Assembly: GCA_965206645.1 (NCBI GenBank) | Contig: CBDBKE010000004.1 | Coordinates: 768,001 to 832,000 of the forward strand | Length of the DNA: 64,000 nucleotides | Origin: Terriglobia bacterium | GTDB lineage: Bacteria; Acidobacteriota; Terriglobia; JAJPHL01; JAPKYU01 | Reading direction: 5' to 3' | Part shown: piece after piece, positions 57,401 to 64,000 of the stretch | Position numbering within the stretch: the first letter of the stretch is position 1 | How the letters are laid out: each line of letters begins with the position of its first letter | Position numbers and translations under genes: made by a program | The notes under the pieces: model-generated | The model's database searches: none | What the model was told of the DNA's origin: nothing | What the model saw: the letters and a program-made list of their open reading frames with translations, nothing else

Positions 57401-57458
57401 CAATTGGGCAGTCTTCATCTCCGCGCGCGATGTGTTGATCCGAGGAAGGTTTTCGCAT
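54435..57458 (-). CDS. SBBP beta-propeller repeat surface protein with Solibacter-type C-terminal domain
   Basis: LPLSFEPNEGQ, YPGVDLVYYG, IIDP, repeated YSTYLGG...GNAYVTG...DFPT...DAFVTKL, VVNGASF, GLAPGFVGLYQMNVQVP. Confidence 0.9.
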   Translation of the reverse strand: MRKPSSDQHIARGDEDCPIALQVFALFVLSALALGLLRFGSDPALRRETERGAIATVFSTKPGQEQSTAFNRRPAIEVAYGNLPLSFEPNEGQTNSQVAFLSRGRGYTLFLTATEAVLSLSSPQSSQRAQRMTPNFLSASSASSAVNDPNLQSTVLRMKLVGANPSPRATGLEELPGKSHYFIGNDPAKWRTNVPTYAKVKYEDVYPGVDLVYYGNQGQLEYDLIVAPGSDPGAIHLAFGGLPFGGGDELEIDVQGDLVLHAGGSQIRLQKPLVYQETDGIRQEISAAYVLNARRQVGFEVGTYDADKPLIIDPVLSYSTYLGGTAIDRGFGIAVDGAGNAYVTGGSSSINFPVSNPFQAFSPGGAVDAFVTKLNATGSALVYSTYLGGEGDEQGNDIEVDASGNAYVTGQTDSTDFPTAGPIQVVNRGLNDAFVTKLNAAGDDLVYSTYLGGSSSDFGFGISLDDSGNAYVTGQTDSTDFPTALPIQSANGALGDAFVAKLNAAGNVLRYSTYLGGNGNDCGFRIAVDASGNAYVHGDTTSTNFPTANPFQSTRRGALDAFVTKLNEAANALVYSTYLGGNGNELGFGIAVDTSGNSYVTGVTDSSDFSTASPIQPAFGGGLADAFVTKLNAAGGALLYSTYLGGVATDAGFAIALDTSGNAYVVGLTDSRNFPTASPIQPANGGGDDAFVTKLNAAGGALVYSTYLGGGGDDRSSDIAVDASGNAYVTGNTGSTDFPTANPFQPSNAGSENAFIAKLTELPSVPPTLPANSVVNGASFRAATDPNGAIAPGAIVAIFGTDLASDTLLAGEVPLPTTLGDTSVTFDDVAAPLFFVSGTQINAQVPFELMAGAGTVTVQVTRGSEASAAQLIALAAVSPGIFTLNEQGTGPGAILHAENFQPVNGSAPARPGEFLLIFCTGLGPVQPVVQSGEVAPNIPPLAETISRPLVNIAGIAATVTFSGLAPGFVGLYQMNVQVPAGVPSGTQSVEIIINNVPGSAQVTIAVE
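55190..56510. repeat. Internal coding repeats of about 180 bp (seven SBBP blades)
   Basis: Recurrent ggcattcaatttcgtcacgaa / cccaggtaggtggagta / acgtaggcgttgccgga at about 180-bp period. Confidence 0.85.
57019..57096. repeat. Palindromic element (TTCACCGCAGAG...CTCTGCGGTGAA) inside the SBBP CDS
   Basis: 12-bp perfect terminal inverted repeat, 9-nt periodic CGCAGAG subunits, 78 bp long (multiple of 3). Confidence 0.8.
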
Positions 57459-57579
57459 GGCCGCCCGATACGCCTTTCAAAAACGATACCGACTGCCAGA
57501 AGGGTAAGCCGCTGGCACGTTTCATTCAATGAGAAATGGCATTGGGAAAAACAGCTACTTTGAATCCGCAGGAGCTGTC

Positions 57580-57651
57580 GTAGCGGCGGCCTTTAGGCCG
57601 CCATGGGTCTGTCGTAGCCATGGGTCTTGGCAGGCTGAAGCCTGCCGCTAC
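57580..57651. repeat. GTAG-family REP doublet (REPIN-like)
   Basis: GTAGCGGCGGCCTTTAGGCCGCC ... GGCAGGCTGAAGCCTGCCGCTAC in inverted orientation; partial third copy near 57666-57679. Confidence 0.8.
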
Positions 57652-57766
57652 GCCAACAACCCGTGGCAGGCTGAAGCGTCCAAAAGGGTCAAAGTAGCCT
57701 ACTACCGCCGCGAGTTTCGGATAGACAACGGCAGGGGCGGCACGCTATCATGACAAAGAACCGGCC

Positions 57767-58120
57767 ATGGCGGAGACGACTGAGGTCATCAAGCAGGAAC
57801 CGAAATCGCAGGGAATTAACACCCCGCGGAAGAAAATGCCGCGGGAGCTTGCCATCATCAACGAGCTCTGCACCGGCTGTGCCGGCTCGCCCGCCTGCGT
57901 GGATTACTGCCCGGTGGAAGACTGCATGTATTGGATTCCCGACGAGGACCACCCGCCCTTTGGCCGCATCGAAGTGGACCCATTCCTCTGCATTGGCTGC
58001 AAAAAGTGTGTCAGCAAGGGCCCCGACGGTACCTTCCTGGATGGCTGTCCCTGGGACGCCATTGACATGGTGCCCCTGGCTGAGTGGGAAACGGCAAACG
58101 GCATTCAGATGAAAATCTAG
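57767..58120 (+). CDS. 2[4Fe-4S]-type ferredoxin-like protein
   Basis: CTGCAGSPACVDYCP and CIGCKKC...GCP. Confidence 0.85.
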   Translation: MAETTEVIKQEPKSQGINTPRKKMPRELAIINELCTGCAGSPACVDYCPVEDCMYWIPDEDHPPFGRIEVDPFLCIGCKKCVSKGPDGTFLDGCPWDAIDMVPLAEWETANGIQMKI

Positions 58121-58977
58121 CGGGCTGATGGCCCTGAGCGTGCCCGGCGGCGAATGGCCTGTGCCGTAATGCGGGCCTGCTGCCGCACCCTCTCCGGCAT
58201 GCCAGGCTGGGACCGCGCAAAGCGCTCTACATCCGGCAGGTCTTCGGGATCGCCAGCCAGGTAGAGGGCCCGCAGCGACTCCCAAACCTGCTCGGCCGAA
58301 GACTCCAGCTCAAAGACCGGCTCACCCGCAGTCACCCGTGCGCCATCCTCCTGCAGGCGGCGTCTGATCTGGCCGGCCACAGGCGAGCGCACGTCGACCG
58401 GCTCGCCAGCGTCTCCTGAAACGCGCGCTAGCAGCGAGCCCACATCCACTGCATCCTGCTCTTTTTGGCGCAGAGACAGGACTCCGGCGCTCGGGGCCGT
58501 GACGGTGAGGGGCTGCAGCATCTGGACCAGGACCGGCTTGCCGCGCCCGTCGCCGAAGCGCACTAGGGACAGTGCCGCGTTGCGCCGCACCATCGGCTCC
58601 GGATCCTGCACCAACTGTACCAGCGCCTGATGGAATTGCTGGGAGCGGTTGTCCTGGCCCATCACCCAGGCGGCGGTCACCCGGATCTCCGCCACCGGGC
58701 TGGACGCCAGCGCCACCACGCGCGGATACCACTGCGCCATTGAAGGGTCGCCGACGACGATACGGTCGGCGATTTGCGACAGCGCGTGCTGGATGCGCCG
58801 CGGCTTCTCCGGATTTTCCAGGTACTCGCCAATCTGCGCGTCGGTGAGGCTCCGGCCAAACCAGGTGCCATGCCAGAACAGAAACGGCACTAGCACCAAG
58901 GCGGCCGCAAATAGCATCAGCCACAGCATTTCCGGACGGCGGCGGGGTGCGGGAGGGGTGGGACCATGGCCAGACAT
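58117..58977 (-). CDS. Membrane-anchored HEAT-repeat protein with inserted biotin/lipoyl-like domain
   Basis: N-terminal TM; HEAT units (EIRVTAAWVMG, DPEPMVRRNAALSL); VRSPVAGQI...GARVTAGEPVF. Confidence 0.8.
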   Translation of the reverse strand: MSGHGPTPPAPRRRPEMLWLMLFAAALVLVPFLFWHGTWFGRSLTDAQIGEYLENPEKPRRIQHALSQIADRIVVGDPSMAQWYPRVVALASSPVAEIRVTAAWVMGQDNRSQQFHQALVQLVQDPEPMVRRNAALSLVRFGDGRGKPVLVQMLQPLTVTAPSAGVLSLRQKEQDAVDVGSLLARVSGDAGEPVDVRSPVAGQIRRRLQEDGARVTAGEPVFELESSAEQVWESLRALYLAGDPEDLPDVERFARSQPGMPERVRQQARITAQAIRRRARSGPSAR

Positions 58978-59002
58978 GGTTGGGGAAGATTCAGTCAGTT
59001 TG

Positions 59003-61717
59003 TCAATAGCCGTACTTCAACCGCCGCATCTCGAAAGCCTCCTTGCCGCCTTCAAGTGTTTCCTCGACCAGCTCCCGGACCTGCCGCGAGTCAATTGAAC
59101 CAAGATTCTCGTCAGGAAGGTGGACTTCAACCCCTTCCACGGATTCAGTCGGGATCAGCCCGGCAATCAGCTCAGCGTCACCGAGGACCGGGATATTGGC
59201 GTTGTGTGTGGCAAAGATGAACTGGCGGCGGCGCTTCTCCTCCCGAATGTTTGGCACAACACCCTCCGTAATGAAGCGGTTGTCGAGGTCGTCCTCAGGC
59301 TGATCGACCACAAGAGGCCCGGAGGATTCAAGTAAAAGGAGAAGAAGCACTGCCGTAGCCTTCTGGCCTGTGGAGAGGTCATCCAGCTGCTTCCAGACAG
59401 GCGTAGCGCCTTCTCGCGCCACGTTGAGACTCACGGTGGTCGTCGCGGGCAGTTCCAGTTCTTCAAGCTGCATTACGAAACCGCTGCCGGCCAAAACAAG
59501 CTTTTCGGCCTGGGATGACGGTATGCCAAATTTCTGGCTCAGGTTGTCCTTGCCCTCACGGCAAGCCTGGGAGGGTTCCTGTAGAGACAGGGGAGAGATT
59601 TCCTTCAGGGCGTTGATCGTGTCAGCGATGCGGCCGCCGAGGGAGCGGAGATGATTTTCGAGTTGCGAACGGTCACCGGTTGCGCTCACGGTGACCTGGA
59701 CGCGGCCAGATAGTTTGGAGTTGACTCGTCTCGCAGCCCTCTGCAGTTCGCGGAACTGGGAAGCCTTTAGCTCCTCCCACTCCTTCAAACCTTCGCGCCT
59801 CTGCTTTTGAGCGTCCTGTAAGCGATTCTGGAGTTTGGTCTGCTCGTCTTTCTTCGGTTCGAGTTGCTCGATGCGCTGCCGGAGCTGAATGAACTCGTTG
59901 CCGTCGATACCCTCCTTCTGAAGGTCGCGGAGGTTTTTTTCGTGGGCAGTGTTGACTGTGTCGCGGCGAAGATCCCATTTGGCGCGGACGGTCTTCAGGC
60001 CATTGCGTGCATTCTCAACGGCGCCGTCGGTAGAGCGCAGGGCGACCTGGATGTCTTTTTCAAACTCCTCTATTACAAGACGGGCTTCCCGCAGAATGTC
60101 AGCGCCGCACAGCTTTTCGAGCTTCTCATCATCGAGGCGCGATACGTCCAGAGGCAATAACTCGTTGAAGCCCGCTCGGTGCTCGGCGACTCCAGTGACG
60201 AGCTGGTCAAGAGTGTCGAGCGTGCTTTCTTCCGTGACCAGTTCGTTTTTGTCCTTAAGGCGTTCTTCGAGACCGGCTTCCTTGTAGCGTCTGAGGGTCT
60301 CTTTGAGACCAGGCAGTGCAGCTAGGTCCTCGTCGATACGGGTGAGCTTCTGCTCGATATCAACGATCTTGCTGCGCGTGTCTTCAAGACGGTATTTGGC
60401 TGACAGTCGTTCCGCCTCGATGTTCTTCAGGGCCGCGTGGTTCATGAAGCGGTCAAGAAGGCCCGTCAGACGTTCAGGGCTGCGCGCCAATTCGGAGATT
60501 TCGTGCTGCCCGTATATTTCGACTTCGGATGCGATATCGCGAGGGCTCAACTCGGTGAGGTTACCATCGGAATCCTTTACGGTGGGTCTGTTCCCGACCG
60601 TGCGCTCAACCAGATATTCACGCGAGGAAGGTGTGTGGGAGCGAATCAGAAGCGATATCTTTGTCCCACTGCCGAGGACATTATTGACGAAAGCCTTATG
60701 GAGTTCTGCCGCTTCTTTGCCAAGCGGGAGACAGTCAAGGGCAAAGCGGATGCTCTCGACGATAGTGGATTTGCCGGTGCCACGGCCTCCTATGAGCACG
60801 TCGAGATTCTCATTGAAGCGGATGGTGGTGCCGTCCAGAAACCCGCCTTCCCAAGCCATCGCCAGCAATTCAGTGTGGTCCTCAGGTTCTTGATCGGACG
60901 ACAGCCGGATGCGGGAGTCGGGATCGAGAAAGGCCTGCCGAAGGCCCTCAATAGAAACTCCGGCCATCTTTATCCAGCACACGCTGCCAGGTTTGCCGGC
61001 GTCTGTAGGACTATTCACATCCTGGGCGTTTATGACGGCAATCGGGCGGGTGCGCTGATAATCTGGGTTGCGGTTTCTCGGAATTGCGATTTTACTCTGC
61101 GGAGCGTCATCGATCGGCCCCGGCAGGGCACAGGCATGCAGATGCTTGTGGTTCCAGGCTTTGATGGCAGCTTGGCCACTGAGGGTCGAAAAGAGGCCGC
61201 CTCCGGAGCACACATGTGCGGCTAGAGAGACGCCATTCCATGTGTCAGTACAAGCGTCCAAAAGCTCGTGAAAATCCTTGCTGCCGGTTGGAGAAAGATC
61301 GCTGTCGTCGTGGATACCACAATCACCGAGAAAGCGGTCGATGCGGTCGAGGTCTTCTGAAGGATCGAAAAGGCAAAGAACGTGAACACCTTCTTTGGTT
61401 ACAGCCTCGAATCCGGAGAAGACATGCAAATCCCGGGACCTGGCAGCTTCGACAAGACGTTGGCTCGTTTTGACCCGGTAGTGATCAGTGACAGCGATAA
61501 CCTCAATGCCGTTGTCCTGGAAAGCCTCCAGGACAGCATTATTGTACTCATCCTCACTGCTGTGAGGCGTCGCTTTGCCGTGCCGCTTCAAATAGGCGAA
61601 CGGATTCACCTGTAAAGCGCAGCGATAGAAGCGCGCGCCGGAAGGACGGTTCAGGGCACGTTGGATTACATCGGGCCAACTGGACGTGATGGCGGTTAGC
61701 GGCATCGAGTCTCCCAT
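59003..61717 (-). CDS. PHP-like domain + SMC/ABC-type ATPase (TrlF/Ppl-like, putative anti-phage)
   Basis: AVTDH, GFE...GVHVLCLF, AAH; Walker A GGRGTGKST; long coiled coil; signature LSTGQK; Walker B VVDQPEDDLD; ATHNAN. Confidence 0.85.
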   Translation of the reverse strand: MGDSMPLTAITSSWPDVIQRALNRPSGARFYRCALQVNPFAYLKRHGKATPHSSEDEYNNAVLEAFQDNGIEVIAVTDHYRVKTSQRLVEAARSRDLHVFSGFEAVTKEGVHVLCLFDPSEDLDRIDRFLGDCGIHDDSDLSPTGSKDFHELLDACTDTWNGVSLAAHVCSGGGLFSTLSGQAAIKAWNHKHLHACALPGPIDDAPQSKIAIPRNRNPDYQRTRPIAVINAQDVNSPTDAGKPGSVCWIKMAGVSIEGLRQAFLDPDSRIRLSSDQEPEDHTELLAMAWEGGFLDGTTIRFNENLDVLIGGRGTGKSTIVESIRFALDCLPLGKEAAELHKAFVNNVLGSGTKISLLIRSHTPSSREYLVERTVGNRPTVKDSDGNLTELSPRDIASEVEIYGQHEISELARSPERLTGLLDRFMNHAALKNIEAERLSAKYRLEDTRSKIVDIEQKLTRIDEDLAALPGLKETLRRYKEAGLEERLKDKNELVTEESTLDTLDQLVTGVAEHRAGFNELLPLDVSRLDDEKLEKLCGADILREARLVIEEFEKDIQVALRSTDGAVENARNGLKTVRAKWDLRRDTVNTAHEKNLRDLQKEGIDGNEFIQLRQRIEQLEPKKDEQTKLQNRLQDAQKQRREGLKEWEELKASQFRELQRAARRVNSKLSGRVQVTVSATGDRSQLENHLRSLGGRIADTINALKEISPLSLQEPSQACREGKDNLSQKFGIPSSQAEKLVLAGSGFVMQLEELELPATTTVSLNVAREGATPVWKQLDDLSTGQKATAVLLLLLLESSGPLVVDQPEDDLDNRFITEGVVPNIREEKRRRQFIFATHNANIPVLGDAELIAGLIPTESVEGVEVHLPDENLGSIDSRQVRELVEETLEGGKEAFEMRRLKYGY

Positions 61718-61816
61718 TCGGAGTGGGTGGAGATAGCTACGGTCGCGAGGGGGTTAGTCCCCGCCAGTTCAAATAACCTTGCCAGCGTCAACGAAACGAG
61801 CTCTGTTTCCAAGGCC

Positions 61817-62353
61817 TCAGGGCCCGGCCTGCTGGCTGTTTGACGCGGGCATGTAGTAGACGCGCTTCATGGGGTAGATGCGGCGCTTGCCCCTGGGATA
61901 GCCGCTTTCCAGCACGGGCACGGTGAGCGAAGTGGTCTGCAGGTCAGTTTCCGCGCTGACCACGATGCCGAAGGCGGGCCGCGTGGTGGTGGTCTGCAGT
62001 TTCCCTTTGCGTTGCAGCGCGCCTAGCTTTATGAACTCGCCCCCCGGGGTGAGTGCCCACACCACGTAGCCGCGATACTGGGCCCCGAGTTGGCTGGCGG
62101 GCGGCGCTTTCTCCAACTCCACCTTTACCTGGATGTCCCTCTTGCGGCGCTTGACTTCGGCTTTTCCTGAAATCCCCTCCAGCCGGCCAGTGGAGAAGAG
62201 GGTGAACTTGACGTCCAGATCATAAGGGAACTGCACGGCACGCACCATCCGCTTGCCGGGTACCAAGATCTCTTCTTCTTGAGCGCGCGGTGTCGGGGCT
62301 ACGAACGGTGCAAGCCACAGTATTGCGGCCGACAGAACTGCCAGCAGTCTCAT
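61817..62353 (-). CDS. Secreted hypothetical protein
   Basis: Signal peptide MRLLAVLSAAILWLAP; SGKAEVKR...YVVWALTP.G...LG...FGIVVSAE pattern. Confidence 0.7.
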   Translation of the reverse strand: MRLLAVLSAAILWLAPFVAPTPRAQEEEILVPGKRMVRAVQFPYDLDVKFTLFSTGRLEGISGKAEVKRRKRDIQVKVELEKAPPASQLGAQYRGYVVWALTPGGEFIKLGALQRKGKLQTTTTRPAFGIVVSAETDLQTTSLTVPVLESGYPRGKRRIYPMKRVYYMPASNSQQAGP

Positions 62354-62461
62354 CTTACCAAGGTACCCTGCGGCAAGGCAGGTGCGCAAGACCCCGCCCG
62401 CGGCCAGCTTCCCCTGGAGAAGCCATTTGTCGGGGGGCAAAGGATGAGTGCTCTATCGAGC

Positions 62462-63049
62462 CTAGGCGCGCTCACGCTCGTAGGCGGTGATTTTGTCCTG
62501 GTGCTTGAGGATGTAGCCGAGTTGGTCCACGCCGGTCAGCAGGCATTGCCTGGAGAAGTTGTCTATGGGGAAGCTGATGGCCGAGCCGTCGGGCAGCGTC
62601 AAGGTTTCCGACGCCAAGTCAACGGTGACCTGAGCGCCAGGGTCCTTGGTGACGCGCGTCAGCAGCGCGGCGTGTGTCGCCGGATCCACCACGACCGGCA
62701 GCAGCCCGTTCTTCAGCGAATTGGCGCGGAAGATATCGCCGAACGAGGTGCTGATGACGGCGCGGAAGCCGAAGTCGAGTAGGGCCCAGGGCGCGTGTTC
62801 GCGCGAGCTGCCGCACCCGAAGTTGTGCCCGGCCAGCAACACCAGCGCGCCGGCTGCCTGCGGCTGGTTCAGGATGAAATCGGGCCGCGGCTTGCCTTCC
62901 TCGTCGTGTCGCCAGTCGCAGAACAGGTGCGCTCCCATGCCCGACTTGACAGTGCCCTTCAGAAAGCGCGCCGGGATGATCTGGTCGGTGTCCACATCAC
63001 GGATCGGCAGCGGGGCCAGGCGGCCGGTAAAGGTCGTGAACGGTTCCAT
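62462..63049 (-). CDS. leuD: 3-isopropylmalate dehydratase small subunit
   Basis: [38 protein letters not shown]. Confidence 0.97.
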   Translation of the reverse strand: MEPFTTFTGRLAPLPIRDVDTDQIIPARFLKGTVKSGMGAHLFCDWRHDEEGKPRPDFILNQPQAAGALVLLAGHNFGCGSSREHAPWALLDFGFRAVISTSFGDIFRANSLKNGLLPVVVDPATHAALLTRVTKDPGAQVTVDLASETLTLPDGSAISFPIDNFSRQCLLTGVDQLGYILKHQDKITAYERERA

Positions 63050-63076
63050 TCGTGCTAGTTCCCTGCCCTGGCCGAG

Positions 63077-64000
63077 CTAGTTTCCCGCTCTGGCGCCAGT
63101 CTCCAGCAGAGTGCGTGCGTCGGTAATCACACCGGTCAGCGCGCAGGCAGCGGCCGTCAGTGGGCTGGCCAGGAAGGTGCGGCCGCCCTTGCCCTGGCGG
63201 CCTTCAAAGTTACGGTTGCTGGTGCTGACGCAATATTGGCCGCGCTTCAGTTCGTCCCCGTTCATGGCGATGCACATGCTGCAGCCTGGCTCTCGCCATT
63301 CGCAGCCCGCCTGGCGGAACAGTTCGGCCAGCCCTTCGGCTTCGGCCTCCCTCTTGACCTGCTGCGAGCCAGGCACTACCAGTACCCGTAGGCGCGGGTT
63401 CACCTTGCGGCCCCGCAACAGGCGCGCGGCGGCGCGCAGGTCACTGATGCGGGAATTGGTGCAGCTGCCAATAAACACCACATCCAGCGGGTGGCCCAGC
63501 AGCGGGCGGCCAGGCGCAAGAGCCATGTAGCTGAGAGCTTTCTCCAGCGCCCCACGCTGCGCGGTGTCGGTGAGCGCGTTCGGCTCCGGCACTGGCGCGG
63601 TGACCGGCAAGGACATGCCCGGATTGGTTCCGTAGGTGATCATCGGCTCCAGCCGTTTCGCGTCCAAGCTCACCGAAGTGTCATAGCGAGCGCCGCCATC
63701 GGTAGGGAGCTTGCGCCAGGTTTCAACGGCAGCATCCCACGCTGCCGCTTGCGGGGCAAAAGGCCGACCGCACATGTACTGCAAAGTCGTGTCGTCCGGC
63801 GCGACCATGCCCGCGCGCGCTCCACCCTCGATGGACATGTTACATACGGTCATGCGCTCTTCCATGGACAGGGAGCGGATGGCGCTGCCGGTGTATTCGA
63901 GCACGTGCCCGGCGCCACCGCCCACTCCGATGCGCCCGATCACGGCCAGGATGATGTCCTTGGCGGTCACCCCGGGAGGCAGCGCTCCGTCCACCTGGAT
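63077..64000 (-). CDS. leuC: 3-isopropylmalate dehydratase large subunit (5' truncated by window)
   Basis: [37 protein letters not shown]. Confidence 0.97.
   Translation of the reverse strand: MQVDGALPPGVTAKDIILAVIGRIGVGGGAGHVLEYTGSAIRSLSMEERMTVCNMSIEGGARAGMVAPDDTTLQYMCGRPFAPQAAAWDAAVETWRKLPTDGGARYDTSVSLDAKRLEPMITYGTNPGMSLPVTAPVPEPNALTDTAQRGALEKALSYMALAPGRPLLGHPLDVVFIGSCTNSRISDLRAAARLLRGRKVNPRLRVLVVPGSQQVKREAEAEGLAELFRQAGCEWREPGCSMCIAMNGDELKRGQYCVSTSNRNFEGRQGKGGRTFLASPLTAAACALTGVITDARTLLETGARAGN

Noticed and set aside
58978-61816. att sites or target-site duplication around the PHP-ATPase gene
   Set aside because: I found no flanking direct repeat, tRNA or integrase by eye, so I did not call a mobile element.

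Overview
High-GC bacterial chromosome segment. Gene content (DUF6677, Acidobacteria-type Hfq-like protein, SBBP/Solibacter-C-terminal and ASPIC/UnbV surface proteins, DUF3500) points to Acidobacteriota; this is an inference. About 70 CDS, mostly housekeeping: yggS/yggU, tmk-holB, rlmH-cobO-accD-folC-plsC, rplU-rpmA-obgE-nadD-rsfS, prmC-dinB-cca, ribB, ECF sigma/anti-sigma, rarA, bfr, scpA-scpB-rluB, leuC-leuD. I saw no rRNA, tRNA, CRISPR array or transposase. Most notable: (1) a lon gene that loses its protease catalytic region and runs, across a (GGCCA)3 repeat, into an N-terminally incomplete, degenerate class III cyclase ORF; removing one repeat unit gives an in-frame Lon-AAA+/cyclase fusion, but an assembly chimera or deletion is equally possible. 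(2) A lone PHP + SMC/ABC-type ATPase gene resembling the Ppl/TrlF anti-phage family. (3) A stand-alone PcrA/UvrD-CTD-like Tudor protein divergent from an RRM gene. (4) A triplicated -10-like element upstream of a diguanylate cyclase. (5) A palindromic repeat inserted in frame in a surface-protein gene. (6) Recurrent short tandem duplications that span stop codons. All family assignments come from motif recognition by eye, with no database searches.
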